A stretch of 64,000 bases of DNA from Polyangiaceae bacterium (GCA_965222375.1 CBDCTZ010000014.1:224001-288000), one strand, 5' to 3'. Numbered from the stretch's first letter, positions 28,634 to 39,270 are shown. Translations and numbers: made by a program. Notes: generated by a model from the letters alone, not told the origin.

Positions 28634-30091
28634 TCAGGTCAGCATGGTTCCGAGGAAGCGACCGCGCCGGTAGCTGATGGCATAGACCAGCGCAAAGGCG
28701 AAGTAGGTGGCCGCGACCGCATACCAAAGGTTCTCGATGGGCCAGGACAACCCGAGCACGACCAGCACGCAGGCGGGGACTTGGAGGAGTAGCACCACGA
28801 GTCCGTCCAGGGTCAAGGTCTGCTTCGTGGCGCCGGCGCCTTGGATCGCTGAGCCGAGTACGATGCCTAGGCCCAGGCCGACGTAGCTCGGGCCCACGAC
28901 GTCCACGTAGCTTTGGCCCAGGGCCACGACTTCCTGTCGTCGGTCGAAGAATCCGATGATCTCTGCGCCGTAGCTGCGATACGCCAAGGCCAGGAGCGCC
29001 ATCATCGCGGCGTTGTAGAGTGCTGCATACCAACCACTGGCCTTGGCCCGGGGCGCGTTGCCGGCTCCCAGGTTTTGCCCCATGAAGGTCTGGGCCGCGC
29101 TGCCCCAGCCGAGACCGACAAAAAGCGCCATGGTTTCGAGGCGGAAGATGATGCCTAGTGCCGTCGTGGCGGCCTGGTCTTGCTCCGTGGTGTAGGCGCG
29201 AGCCACCAAGGAATGCACGAAGAGCATGGCCGCGATGCGCACGACTAGTTGGGCGCTCGATGGCCATCCGATGCTCCAGATCGAGCGCAGCACCGAGGCG
29301 TTGGGGCCTTGGCGACTATCGGCGCCAAACAACTTGAATCGCTTGGCGATGAGCCATACCAGCGGCGCTAGAACGACCAACCTCGCCAGTAGCGTGGCCC
29401 AGGCCGCGCCCATCAGCTCCATACGCGGGATGCCCAAAGCCTTGGCGATGGGTGGGCCCCAGCCGAACACGGTCGGTGCATCGCCGGGGCCGTAGACCAG
29501 CAACACCGCCAGCACGAGGTTGAGGGCGTTCGACGTGATCAACATGCTGACTGGGGTCTTGCTGCTGCCCAGCGCGCGTTGGAGTGTCGTGAGGTGCAGA
29601 AGAAAGAAGATCGTGAAGCTCCCGCCAACCAGTACCCGCAGGTAGCTCGCACCCAGGATAGCCACTTCCCCCTTGGCTCCCACGACGTCCACCATCAGCG
29701 CGTCGGCGCCGAGGATGCCTAGTAACCCGAAGCCCAAGGACAGTGCGCCCACGAACAGCACCGACTGCCACGCCACCCGCCGGGCGCCGGCCTTGTCGCC
29801 CTGCCCCCACTTTCGACTCACGATCGCGGCGGTGGCGACGGAAAGGCCGTAGCTGATGATGGTGCCAAGAGCTGCGAGCTGATCACAGATACCGATGGCG
29901 CCGAGAGCGGGTTCCGCGACCTCGGCGTCTAAGCGCGAGATCACGTAAGCATCCACCAGGTTGAAAGTGGTCTGCAGGCCCATGCCTAGAGCCAGCGGCG
30001 TGCCGAAGCGAGCTACTGCGGCCGGGAGGTTACCGCCCAATATGCGTTGAGCCGTGCGGTCTTGTGCGGAGAGGGGGGGCGTCTCAGCCAT
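28634..30091 (-). CDS. MATE family efflux transporter
   Basis: About 12 TM helices, FNLVD motif and FMGQNLGAGN. Confidence 0.92.
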   Translation of the reverse strand: MAETPPLSAQDRTAQRILGGNLPAAVARFGTPLALGMGLQTTFNLVDAYVISRLDAEVAEPALGAIGICDQLAALGTIISYGLSVATAAIVSRKWGQGDKAGARRVAWQSVLFVGALSLGFGLLGILGADALMVDVVGAKGEVAILGASYLRVLVGGSFTIFFLLHLTTLQRALGSSKTPVSMLITSNALNLVLAVLLVYGPGDAPTVFGWGPPIAKALGIPRMELMGAAWATLLARLVVLAPLVWLIAKRFKLFGADSRQGPNASVLRSIWSIGWPSSAQLVVRIAAMLFVHSLVARAYTTEQDQAATTALGIIFRLETMALFVGLGWGSAAQTFMGQNLGAGNAPRAKASGWYAALYNAAMMALLALAYRSYGAEIIGFFDRRQEVVALGQSYVDVVGPSYVGLGLGIVLGSAIQGAGATKQTLTLDGLVVLLLQVPACVLVVLGLSWPIENLWYAVAATYFAFALVYAISYRRGRFLGTMLT

Positions 30092-31052
30092 CGGCGCCGA
30101 CTCGCTCGAAGCAAGTATCGGGGACGCTTCGCTTTCGTCGCGCGAGTCGGGTGGATTTGACGAAGCGCGCCGAAACTGGGTCGTTGTAGCCGCTCGCGTG
30201 CACCTCATCGTCGCCATTGGCGTAGAACCGCACGATGCGAGCCATCAGCAGCTCCCGAACCCACTTTCCTACCAGAGATGCGAGCATCACCAAGGGGTCT
30301 TTCGCGTCGGCATCCTGAATGAAATGCAGCTCGCCCAGCCCCGGGAAACGGTACGCGCTGTGAGGGCGCTTTTCCGCGATGATGGCATGCAGGCGATCGC
30401 TGAGCGGCCCGAAGAAGCGCGAGTACTCCCCAATGCCACCGACCTTGCCGCAGGTGGCGTGCACATCGGCACCCGCCTCTGCGCGCAGCGTCAGCACGAG
30501 GCGCTCCATGGCGTGTAGGTCGACGCTGAACCGCGTCAGTCCCTCTGCTTTGGCGTCATTGAGAAGACGCGTGCAGGTCACGCTCGAGCGAACGGAACAC
30601 ACCTCCACGCCCTTGCCGCGTAGCGTTTCGAGATGCCTGGTCACTCGCGCGAGCATGTCCTCGGGCGCGCTCAGGTCGTCCCCCGCGCTGGCCCAGCATT
30701 GGGCGGCAACGCCTTTGGGGCAGGGACGACGTAGGGCCTCGCGTCCTTCCAGCAGCAGGCTGTCCAGCACATCGTCGGCTCGCGTTGCGGAAGGAGCAGC
30801 CAGCACCCGGGCCCAGGCTTCGCCCAAAGCGACATTGCCATGGGCTACCAGGCGCTTCGAGTCGTCCAAGTCCGCCGCGATTCGCTTGGGGAGACGCCGC
30901 GCCAAGGTCCGAGCTCCGCTTGCATCGACTCGTGCCAGCACGGCGGTGACCACGAGAGGGCCAAGCCTGGCGCCCAAGCCGTTTTCGTCCGCTCCAATTC
31001 TGAACAGATAGGGCGGCCCCGCGCCCCGGGGATCTTGGAGTCGCGCGCTCAA
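30084..31052 (-). CDS. Divergent ribonuclease HII-like protein
   Basis: IGADENGLG..GPLVV, DDSK, DAD...ASLVGK and SGY motifs. Confidence 0.75.
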   Translation of the reverse strand: MSARLQDPRGAGPPYLFRIGADENGLGARLGPLVVTAVLARVDASGARTLARRLPKRIAADLDDSKRLVAHGNVALGEAWARVLAAPSATRADDVLDSLLLEGREALRRPCPKGVAAQCWASAGDDLSAPEDMLARVTRHLETLRGKGVEVCSVRSSVTCTRLLNDAKAEGLTRFSVDLHAMERLVLTLRAEAGADVHATCGKVGGIGEYSRFFGPLSDRLHAIIAEKRPHSAYRFPGLGELHFIQDADAKDPLVMLASLVGKWVRELLMARIVRFYANGDDEVHASGYNDPVSARFVKSTRLARRKRSVPDTCFERVGADG

Positions 31053-31097
31053 CGCGGCGCAGCATAGCGCAGCTTTGGGCCGAAGAAAGTGGCTAAC

Positions 31098-31346
31098 TCA
31101 GCCGCCCGCGACAGGGGGAATCACGGCTACCACGTCGCCGCTCTGAACAGCTTCATCGGGATCCGCGAAGCACTCATTGATCGCGAAGCGCACGCCACCG
31201 AGCTTGTCCTTCAATTCCGGGTGCAGCTCTGGCAGCACCGCGATCAGATCGCCGAGGGTACGCACCGGCTGGGTAATGGTCAGCTCTTCTTCCGGGCGCC
31301 CAACCAAATCCCGCACGGCTGCAAAGTAGAGCATGGTCACGGTCAT
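31098..31346 (-). CDS. moaD: MoaD/ThiS sulfur carrier
   Basis: LYFAAVRD...FAIN...GDVVAVIPPVAGG C-terminus. Confidence 0.88.
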   Translation of the reverse strand: MTVTMLYFAAVRDLVGRPEEELTITQPVRTLGDLIAVLPELHPELKDKLGGVRFAINECFADPDEAVQSGDVVAVIPPVAGG

Positions 31347-31870
31347 GACTCGGATTGCTCCAGGTAGCGCTGCACGCCGTCGCTCACGCTCAGCAAGTTT
31401 GGCGTGATCTTCTTGACCAGAAAGTCCTCCACGCTCTGACCGACTCGCGAGCTGAGTAGGCGAGGAACTCCCTTGATCTTCGACGTGTCTATCTCGATCT
31501 TGCCGCGGATCTCCACGCGGGTGCCGCCCTCGACCTCGACGAATCGGTTCTTGCCCGAGCAGCGCACAGCTTCGGTGAAGGAACGCGTTTCGATCCGCCA
31601 CTCGCAGGTATGGTCTGACTCGTTCCAGGTTGCGTAGTCGGTCCACGACAGCATGGACTCGCTGAGCACGACTCGCGCAGCCGAAGGGATGTCCCCGCCG
31701 CCACGCCACTCGTTGACGAAGCGAACGGTATTGCCACTCTCCTCCCGGGACTTGACGTCGATGCCACGAATGTTGGGCAGGTAGTCCACGAGCTTCTCCA
31801 GGTCGTCGCGATAGGCCTGAAACACGACCGGCAGCGGGAACGGGATCGTGCAGTCTGCGGAGAGATCCAT
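31343..31870 (-). CDS. SRPBCC/START-fold (DUF2505-like) protein
   Basis: Helix-grip fold pattern; coupled to moaD by an ATGA overlap. Confidence 0.7.
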   Translation of the reverse strand: MDLSADCTIPFPLPVVFQAYRDDLEKLVDYLPNIRGIDVKSREESGNTVRFVNEWRGGGDIPSAARVVLSESMLSWTDYATWNESDHTCEWRIETRSFTEAVRCSGKNRFVEVEGGTRVEIRGKIEIDTSKIKGVPRLLSSRVGQSVEDFLVKKITPNLLSVSDGVQRYLEQSES

Positions 31871-31873
31871 GGG

Positions 31874-33424
31874 CTACAATCCGTAAGCGAAGCCCAAGCT
31901 CGGTGCGATGACCGGCGCAAACTCGGGGAAGGCCGCGCGCCCGACCACTTCCACCACCATCGCCGCTTCGGGCATGACGGCGTATTGCACGCCTGCGCCC
32001 AAGCCGCCGAAGGCGGGGCCAGCGCGCTGGTACACGTCGAGTTTGAAGCTTCGGGTGCCCGCACCCGTGTCTTCCACCACGGTCGTGCTCACCCGGGCCA
32101 CCGAGTCCGCCACGCCGCCTCCGACCACGAGATAGGGGCGCACTCCCGTGGACATGAACGGGTCTTTGGAAAGGTAGTAGGCGAATCGGGCTTCGGCATG
32201 CAGCGGCAGGAACTTCTTGCCGTCAGGTCGCTCGGGGTGGCCCAGGAACGCGAAGCCCAGGCGAACTCCGGCCGTCATGCGGTTGCCTAGAACGCGGTCA
32301 TAGCTGGCGACGACACGCATGCTGCCGGTGCCCACGCCGCCGTTGATGGAGTTGGAGCTCCCGCTCTGGATGGGAGTCCCGGTGTAGGCGGTGTCGCCCG
32401 CGAAGAAGCAGGACAGCTTGCCGCTGTCCTGCGCCGCCGCACTGCAAGCGTCGTCGTCGGAGCTCACGAACAACAGGTCCGGCGAAAACGCGATCGACAG
32501 CCAGTTCTTGCGACGCTTCGGACCTTCTTCCTCACCACTGTCTGGAGGCGCTTCGACGCAGGCCAGCGCTTCACAGACCTGCGTGCCCGGGCAGTCGTCG
32601 CTGGTTTCGCAAGAGAGTCGCTCTTCGGGTCGCGGGCAGGGGCTCGGTGGCACGGCGTCAGGAAGGGCGGGCTGCCGGTCGCTGATGGCCTCTTTGAGTT
32701 CCACGTTGCGGGGCTTGCCGGCGGAACCAGCATTGGCGACGCGGTCCAGATTGGTGTCGAAGGCGGTGACGAAGTACGAGAGCCGCCCGACGGTCTGGGT
32801 GGCTGTGCAGGGGATGTAGCCGCCCCAGCCTTCGTCATGCCGCTTGAGCTTGGTTTCCTTCCATTCCTTGGAGCCCGGGGGACGGTATCGAACGCTGACT
32901 TGGATGACCTCCAACCCCTCGGGGACCTCGACGTACACTGGCACCGGATGGAACGTGGCTTGCTCCGTCCACGGATCTTCGTCCAGCTTGCGGATGGTTG
33001 GCTTGCTGGTCGGTTTTGGCGCAGTGGCGCCAACGCCCATGCGTGCCTCGTCGAAGGCCTTCTGCACCGCGCCGGTCAGATAGGCCGAGTTCGGTTTCGC
33101 GTCGGAGTCTGCCTTCAGCATCTTCTTGAAGGCGTTGACCGCGTCCGAGTGCCGGGCGAGGCCTGCCGCGTACACGGTCCCCATGTTCCCGTGCACAATG
33201 GCCATGACACTCGGGCTGCACTTGGTGCCGCAGACCTTGAGGGCCTTTTTCAGCTTGGCGAGGGCCGCGTCCATGTTCGTGGCGAGGTAGTCCTCGTCCA
33301 TGGCGGTCTGAGCAAGTTTGCGAGCCGTGGCGTCCGCACCCTTGGCATGGAGTGCTGGGGCGAAGCAGACAGCGGACAAAAGGAGCGTCGCGGAGACGCG
33401 GGCAAGACGGTGGCGTCGGGCCAT
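31874..33424 (-). CDS. Secreted protein: TPR-like N-terminus, Ig-like middle, probable C-terminal outer-membrane beta-barrel
   Basis: Signal peptide and amphipathic strands ending ...SLGFAYGL. Confidence 0.7.
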   Translation of the reverse strand: MARRHRLARVSATLLLSAVCFAPALHAKGADATARKLAQTAMDEDYLATNMDAALAKLKKALKVCGTKCSPSVMAIVHGNMGTVYAAGLARHSDAVNAFKKMLKADSDAKPNSAYLTGAVQKAFDEARMGVGATAPKPTSKPTIRKLDEDPWTEQATFHPVPVYVEVPEGLEVIQVSVRYRPPGSKEWKETKLKRHDEGWGGYIPCTATQTVGRLSYFVTAFDTNLDRVANAGSAGKPRNVELKEAISDRQPALPDAVPPSPCPRPEERLSCETSDDCPGTQVCEALACVEAPPDSGEEEGPKRRKNWLSIAFSPDLLFVSSDDDACSAAAQDSGKLSCFFAGDTAYTGTPIQSGSSNSINGGVGTGSMRVVASYDRVLGNRMTAGVRLGFAFLGHPERPDGKKFLPLHAEARFAYYLSKDPFMSTGVRPYLVVGGGVADSVARVSTTVVEDTGAGTRSFKLDVYQRAGPAFGGLGAGVQYAVMPEAAMVVEVVGRAAFPEFAPVIAPSLGFAYGL

Positions 33425-33576
33425 TTCGCCCCGATGTTATGGGATTTCAAAGACTTTTGCCTGAATTTGCGCGCGGGTCGGCGATGGAAGGCCTTTCCAG
33501 CTGCCGCTGCGCTGCGGCGGGTTAAATTCCTCGAAGATCACGCTAGGCTCGGGCCCCAGCACAGGAGACAGCGAAA

Positions 33577-34056
33577 GTGGCGGAATCAGCGAAGCTCGGT
33601 AGGGATATTTTCGTAGCGCTCGCGGCGGTGGGTTGGGCAGATGGTCACCTGGACCCGGACGAAGCTGATGCCATCGTGAAGACCGCCATCGAGCAGGGCC
33701 TCGAGCTCGACGAGATCGCTGAAATCGAGGAAGCCACGAAATCCCACGTCGACCTGGGTGAGATCGATCGCCGGGGGATGACCAAAGAGGACAAGCTCTT
33801 CATCTACGCAGTCGCATCCTGGATGACCTGGCTGGATGGAGAAGTGACGGACTCGGAAACCGACGCGCTAGGCAAGCTCGGAGATGCTTTGAAGATTCCG
33901 GCCAAGCCTCGGGAACATGCCGACGCAATCATGCGCGAGATCGCGTATCAGTCCGAAGACATTCGCCCAGCACGATACGATCTCAATGCGCTGCGCGAAC
34001 TAATCTCGGAGCGGTTGCACGCTGCGCAAGAAGCGCGAGCAAGAGAAACCGACTGA
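33577..34056 (+). CDS. TerB-like tellurite-resistance family protein
   Basis: Duplicated WADGHLDPDE / WLDGEVTDSE motifs. Confidence 0.75.
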   Translation: MAESAKLGRDIFVALAAVGWADGHLDPDEADAIVKTAIEQGLELDEIAEIEEATKSHVDLGEIDRRGMTKEDKLFIYAVASWMTWLDGEVTDSETDALGKLGDALKIPAKPREHADAIMREIAYQSEDIRPARYDLNALRELISERLHAAQEARARETD

Positions 34057-34079
34057 ACCGAGTCGCCGCAACTGCTCAG

Positions 34080-35105
34080 CTAGTTACAGCGATAGAGGTA
34101 GTTGGGGAGCGCGGGGGACTGGCTGCAGGTTTGATTCGGGTTCTGGCACTTCTGCCCGGGGTGACAGATCTCTCGCTGGTTTGGGCCACCGCAGTTGTTT
34201 TGGCAGCGCAGGTTCGTGTACTGGTTTTGCACGAAGGAAAAGACACCACAGCAAATCTGGCCGGGACAGTCCTCAGGCCCGTCGCACTCGACGTTGGTCG
34301 TGTCGCAATTGGGTGATGTGCACGCACACTGAGCGCTACTTGGGGCGCAGTAGTCCAGCCCGGGGTCCAAAACGCAGCATTTCTCGGCCTTGTTGCAGAC
34401 GTCGGGATTGGTGATGCCGCAATTCTTGTCGCCGGGGGCGCTCGCGCCACCCGTGCCTGCGACGGCTCCAAAGCCGCCCGCGCCGACGCCGCCGGTGCCT
34501 GTGCCGCCGGTACCGGTTCCGCCGGTACCTCCGGACCCGCCGACGCCGCCGCAGGGTGGCCCGGGAGGCGCGCCGAATTGGGATGGATCGACGCAGCCCA
34601 GTCCGAAGAGCGGATCCGACACGCCACAGATGTTGTTCGGCTTGCAGCAGCCTTGCAGCGGGAAGCCTTGGATGTTCTGGGTCGGGCAAGTGGGGTCCGG
34701 CTTGCCAGGCTGACCCTGCTCGATGCATTGAGGGCCTAGTAGATCGATGCTGATGCCGCACTTCGAACCGACGCAGCAAGTGGTCACGTTGCCCACCGGA
34801 GACGGAGGCGGCTGAGGGCAGGGGCCACAGGATGAGCCCGCGCTGCCTCCAGCGCCCCCGCTTCCGCCAGGTCCGATGCCAGCGCTATTGCCGACCCCAC
34901 CGGGGCCAATGCCTGCGCTGTTGCCGACTCCGCCGGAACCACCGGTCACGGTTCCGGCGCTACCGCCGCTGTTTGCGCCGCCGGTTGTACCCCCGTCCAC
35001 GCCGGTGAAGTCGATGTCCGTGGAGCCCCCACAACCCTGAGCAGTGGCGAGCAGAAAGACGGAACTCGCGGAGAGTCCCCAAACCAAGCGCTTCGTCTTC
35101 GACAT
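34080..35105 (-). CDS. Cys-rich lipoprotein with Gly-rich linkers
   Basis: Lipobox AQGC, CDGPEDC..CC motif, duplicated GGVGNSAGIGP, GGAGG RBS. Confidence 0.8.
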   Translation of the reverse strand: MSKTKRLVWGLSASSVFLLATAQGCGGSTDIDFTGVDGGTTGGANSGGSAGTVTGGSGGVGNSAGIGPGGVGNSAGIGPGGSGGAGGSAGSSCGPCPQPPPSPVGNVTTCCVGSKCGISIDLLGPQCIEQGQPGKPDPTCPTQNIQGFPLQGCCKPNNICGVSDPLFGLGCVDPSQFGAPPGPPCGGVGGSGGTGGTGTGGTGTGGVGAGGFGAVAGTGGASAPGDKNCGITNPDVCNKAEKCCVLDPGLDYCAPSSAQCACTSPNCDTTNVECDGPEDCPGQICCGVFSFVQNQYTNLRCQNNCGGPNQREICHPGQKCQNPNQTCSQSPALPNYLYRCN

Positions 35106-35207
35106 GATTTCCTCCGGCGGCGGCGCAGCTTACACCCGAAGTGCGCCCAGTTCACGCCAACTGCCCATGGTTTTGCGCCAGCATGGCCTGCGCACAATGT
35201 GCGACAG

Positions 35208-35789
35208 CTAGGCGAGCAGCTCCGTCTTGGCGACGGGGTATCCGCTGGGCCGACGCACCGCGTAAGAGAGGGCGAGAATCTCGACCAATACGACCCTGTA
35301 CACGATGTGCACGTCGTCTACGTCCACCTCGTCGGCATGCGCTTCCAGAGTCGCGTTCACGTGCTCATGGACGAACTCCAGGAGGTGTGGCTGCTCCATG
35401 GCGATTACATCGTCACTGTCCAAGGGTTCCGCGGGATCGCCCTTGCGAAGCTCTTCATCCAGGCTCAGCAGCTCTTCCGTGGCGCTGAGCTCCTGCTCCT
35501 GGATTTCATCCAAGTGGTCGCCGTGGGCCTGCTCGAATGCGAGCCAGACAGCCAGGGCGAGGAAATAGCCCAGGGCGAGAGCCGTCTCGTCGAGGGGTTT
35601 GCCCAGGGTGTCCGCGATTCGAGTCGCGAGAGCGGGCTGATTGCGCTCGAAACGCTCAAAGGCTTCGTCCAGCTGCTCTCGCGCGGTGTCATCGTCGTCT
35701 GCGAGGCTCTCCCGCACCGAATCCAGCGCATGCACTGGAACTTGCGCATACGGGGGAACGGGTCGGATGGCTGTGCGTCTCACCCACAC
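35208..35789 (-). CDS. Hypothetical acidic helical protein
   Basis: The 3' part of the ORF is protein-like (FERNQPAL...MEQPHLLEFV). A GTG start at 35789 avoids overlap with the VanW gene. Confidence 0.65.
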   Translation of the reverse strand: MWVRRTAIRPVPPYAQVPVHALDSVRESLADDDDTAREQLDEAFERFERNQPALATRIADTLGKPLDETALALGYFLALAVWLAFEQAHGDHLDEIQEQELSATEELLSLDEELRKGDPAEPLDSDDVIAMEQPHLLEFVHEHVNATLEAHADEVDVDDVHIVYRVVLVEILALSYAVRRPSGYPVAKTELLA

Positions 35790-35921
35790 CCTGAAATTGT
35801 TAGCATACCGCCGGCGCTTGAGAGGCGCTTTTCGTCCCCGAGCAGCCCATGGAAGGTGCGTCAAAACTGGGGTACGGCTGCAGCCTGACGAGCACATTCC
35901 GGCTCCCGGCTTCCCGGCACC

Positions 35922-37808
35922 ATGCCCGATAGCGATTCTGACAAAAGTGCGTCGACCCGGGTATCGATCCGGGCGTCTACGTCCCTCAAGGGCGTGTGGA
36001 AGCGACGCGTCATATTGGCGACCGTACCGGTAGCGTTGGTGCTTCTGGCGTTCGGCGCGGACCGCCTTCTCAGCCGCGGACGTGTACTGCGAGGAGTCAC
36101 GGTTGGCGGACTTGCCGCCACGGGAGTTGACACCGAGGCCTTGCGCAAGCGGGTGACTGAGGTGGAGAGCAGGTTGGCGTCCTCGAAGGTAGCGCTTCGC
36201 ATCGCGGAGCGAGTCTTCCACGTCAGTCCGGCGGAGTTGGGTTTTCGGGTTGATGCGAAGAAGAGCGCCGACCGGGCGATGTTGGCGGGGCGCACAGGCT
36301 CCGTCCCTGCACAATTTGGCTGGTGGCTGTCGCGCTGGTGGAGCGTGGATGGTGTGGGCCTGGAAGCGTCCTTGGACTCGGCGCTCGTGGAGACGGTCGT
36401 TTCCGATCTGGAACCCGTAGCGATACCCGATTCTCCCTTCGCCGGCGCCGTGGAGTTCGAGGGCGGTAGTGTCCGCGTGGCGCCGGCCCGCTCGGGCCGA
36501 CGAGTCGACCGGAGCAGGTTGGTCGATGTCTTGGTGCGCGCCGTGCTCGATGGTCAAGGCTCGGTGGTTGAAGTGCCTCTCGTGGAGGTGAAACCCTCCA
36601 CCAGCTCCGAGGCACTGAAGCGCGCCAAGCTACAAGCGGAACGGTTGTTGCGCGGACCGATCAAACTCATTACCGAGGACGGCGAAGTCGAGATTGAGCT
36701 TTCACGGGAGCAACTAGGTGGCGCGTTGCAGACCCACGTTGTCGCCGACGACGATGTGGTCGTGGGTTTCGCGACGGATGGCGTGGACGCCCTGCTCGCG
36801 AAACGCCGCAAGCGCCTGGAGGCTGCGCCGAAGAACGCGGAGATCGAAGTCGATTCGAAAGACCGTCCTCGGGTGGTGCCCGGTCGCCCCGGCACACTGT
36901 TTTCCGCGTCTCGTGTCGCGGAAGCCCTGGTGCTCGCCGCCTATGCCAAGGAGCGAGTCGGCGTGCTGCCGCTCCTCCGAGGTGCGCAGCCCCAGGTCAC
37001 GACTGACGATCTGCTGGCGCTCAAGATCAAGGGGCTGGTCAGTCGCTTCACGACTTTTCACCCGTGCTGCCGACCTCGCGTGGACAACATTCATCGCATC
37101 GCGGACTTGCTGAATGGTGCGATCGTGAAACCCGGCGAGTACTTCAGCGTCAATGCTCACGTCGGCCCCCGCACCACCCGGAACGGATTTGTCGCTGCGC
37201 CGACCATCGAGTTGGGAGAAATGGTGGATGCTTTGGGGGGCGGAGCGAGTCAGTTTGCGACGACCTTCTTCAATGCACTGTTCTATGGAGGCTATGACAT
37301 CGTCGAGCGTCAGCCTCATAGCTACTACTTCTCCCGCTACCCCATGGGGATTGAGGCGACGCTTTCGTTTCCGAAGCCGGACATCATCTTCCGAAACGAC
37401 ACGGCTGCGGGCATGTACATCCGCTGCGAGTACACCGGCACGAGCATCACGGTGAAGATTTTCGGAGACAACGGCGGTCGCAAAGTACGAGCCACCCGGG
37501 GCAGGAACTTCGACATCGAAAAGCCACCCGTCGAACTGTTGCCAGACCCGGAGCTGGACCCCGATCGCGAAAAGGTCAAGGAAGCTGGGCAGACGGGTTG
37601 GAGCCTGATCGTCGGGCGAATCGTGACCTATCCGGATGGCACGAAGAAGGAAGAGAAGCGCAAGGTGATCTACAAGCCTCGCGTGCGACGCATCGAGGTG
37701 CACCCCTGTCGCATTCCCGAAGGAGAAGAGGGACACACGGGCGAGAAGTGCCCGGTGCCCGAGGCTGGCACCGATGCTGATTTGAGCGAAATGGACCCCG
37801 AAGAGTGA
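35922..37808 (+). CDS. VanW family protein with peptidoglycan-binding domains
   Basis: TM anchor, RVDNI, PGEYFSVN, GGGASQFATTFFNA, HSYYFSRYPMG and FRNDT. Confidence 0.9.
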   Translation: MPDSDSDKSASTRVSIRASTSLKGVWKRRVILATVPVALVLLAFGADRLLSRGRVLRGVTVGGLAATGVDTEALRKRVTEVESRLASSKVALRIAERVFHVSPAELGFRVDAKKSADRAMLAGRTGSVPAQFGWWLSRWWSVDGVGLEASLDSALVETVVSDLEPVAIPDSPFAGAVEFEGGSVRVAPARSGRRVDRSRLVDVLVRAVLDGQGSVVEVPLVEVKPSTSSEALKRAKLQAERLLRGPIKLITEDGEVEIELSREQLGGALQTHVVADDDVVVGFATDGVDALLAKRRKRLEAAPKNAEIEVDSKDRPRVVPGRPGTLFSASRVAEALVLAAYAKERVGVLPLLRGAQPQVTTDDLLALKIKGLVSRFTTFHPCCRPRVDNIHRIADLLNGAIVKPGEYFSVNAHVGPRTTRNGFVAAPTIELGEMVDALGGGASQFATTFFNALFYGGYDIVERQPHSYYFSRYPMGIEATLSFPKPDIIFRNDTAAGMYIRCEYTGTSITVKIFGDNGGRKVRATRGRNFDIEKPPVELLPDPELDPDREKVKEAGQTGWSLIVGRIVTYPDGTKKEEKRKVIYKPRVRRIEVHPCRIPEGEEGHTGEKCPVPEAGTDADLSEMDPEE

Positions 37809-37812
37809 GTGC

Positions 37813-39270
37813 TCAGGTGTCGGGGCTGCAGGTGATCACCCGGGCCATCACGCGGAGTTTGGTTGTTTGCTCCTCTAGCCAGACGATGGCGGCGCTTTGC
37901 GTGTCACTGCCTGTTTCTTCGATGACCGCTGTGCCCACTGCGGTGACTTTCTTTCCGGTTTCCGTCTTTCCGACGTTGTAGTTCACGACCCGCGGCGTGC
38001 CGTCGCGACCGAACCAATGCGCAACAATGTTCGTGCCGCCGGATGCCGCCGCCGCCGTGAAAATCCCGTTCGTGGCGTACGACGACCGCCCCGCTGACTC
38101 GTCCTGCATCAGTGGCGCAGAGTGGGTCAGGAAACTCGGGTTCTTAGACCCCAATTCAGCCAGCTTGCTGTCGGCGACCACGCCGGTCCGGAGTTCCGCC
38201 GACCCACTGATGGGGAAGCGCCCCGCCAGGATGACAACTCCCTTGCCATCCAAAGAGGGTGCCATTCCTAACGCATGCGTCGTGTCGCTCCCCGCGCTGG
38301 CCAAGTCCAAACTGAATGCCTGATTCAGTTGTGTGCTCGTGGTTCCGAAGCGGTAGGTAGCCGGCGCTTTCGTCTGGACCACGCGGGTCCCGGCGAGTGC
38401 GATCAGCTGAGCCGCAGCGAGGTCTTCGTCGCCGCTGCTCCCGCTGGCGGTGAATGTTCCGCTCTGCCCAATCTCCCCGGAAGTCAGCGTGCGCGACTTC
38501 GAAAAACTGTCGTCGCAGCTCACCGCATAAAACGCTTTGGCGCCGACGAAGGCAACTTCGATTTCGTCAAAGAACGACTCAGGCCCACCACAAGGAGCCG
38601 ATGCCGCGAGGGTCACGTGATTCGAGCCGCTCGTCTCGACATCACCGGCGGAGTTGAGATTGAAATTGATGCGGGAAAAGAAAGGCAACTCCCCAATGAA
38701 GCCCTTGCCTGTCAATCCGAAGAGCTCGAGCTTGTTGCCGTTTACCTTCATGGCTCCCGGATAGGTTGTACGAGTGATGGACGGCATGCTCACGGAGGGA
38801 ATGTTGTGGGTCGCGAGGCCGCTCGCTGCGCCGCTCTTGTCGATGGCGGCAACTGCAACGATAGGCTTGCCAATCCCCTCCGCGCGGAGCACGAGGTAGG
38901 CATGCTTGAGGCTTAGGTCTCCGGCGAGTCGCAGGCTTTCGGGCTCGGGATTCGCGAAGATTGGCGAATCCTGGGCAATCTCGATCTCTCCCGTTGCGGG
39001 TGTGCAGCTGTACGTGATTCCTGCGTCTGAACCTGCATCTGCACCGGCCCCACCGCCGCTGCCGGATGCGCCACCCGTGCCTGCGGTTCCGGCGCTGCCA
39101 GCCGCCGCGCCCACACCCGCGCTGCCTGCGCTCGCCCCGATCCCGGCGCTGCCGCCGCCGGCGGCCACGCCGCCGCTGCCGCCGGATGAATCAGAAAAGT
39201 CGCCCAAGCCAAGAAGCTGACCGCAGCCCGTGACTGCAAACACGAGCAGCGCCACGCACGCCCTATTCAT
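37813..39270 (-). CDS. Lipoprotein of unknown function
   Basis: Lipobox VTGC-GQLLGLGDF, Gly linker, beta-rich domain. Confidence 0.75.
   Translation of the reverse strand: MNRACVALLVFAVTGCGQLLGLGDFSDSSGGSGGVAAGGGSAGIGASAGSAGVGAAAGSAGTAGTGGASGSGGGAGADAGSDAGITYSCTPATGEIEIAQDSPIFANPEPESLRLAGDLSLKHAYLVLRAEGIGKPIVAVAAIDKSGAASGLATHNIPSVSMPSITRTTYPGAMKVNGNKLELFGLTGKGFIGELPFFSRINFNLNSAGDVETSGSNHVTLAASAPCGGPESFFDEIEVAFVGAKAFYAVSCDDSFSKSRTLTSGEIGQSGTFTASGSSGDEDLAAAQLIALAGTRVVQTKAPATYRFGTTSTQLNQAFSLDLASAGSDTTHALGMAPSLDGKGVVILAGRFPISGSAELRTGVVADSKLAELGSKNPSFLTHSAPLMQDESAGRSSYATNGIFTAAAASGGTNIVAHWFGRDGTPRVVNYNVGKTETGKKVTAVGTAVIEETGSDTQSAAIVWLEEQTTKLRVMARVITCSPDT

Noticed and set aside
31098..31346. Ubiquitin-like anti-phage conjugation system
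   Set aside because: No E1, E2 or JAB genes nearby, and the sequence is a typical MoaD.
35790..36557. N-terminal extension of ORF 35208..36557
   Set aside because: Antisense to the VanW gene and not protein-like.
35922..37808. Vancomycin resistance locus
   Set aside because: VanW-domain proteins are widespread, and no vanHAX or vanRS genes are present.
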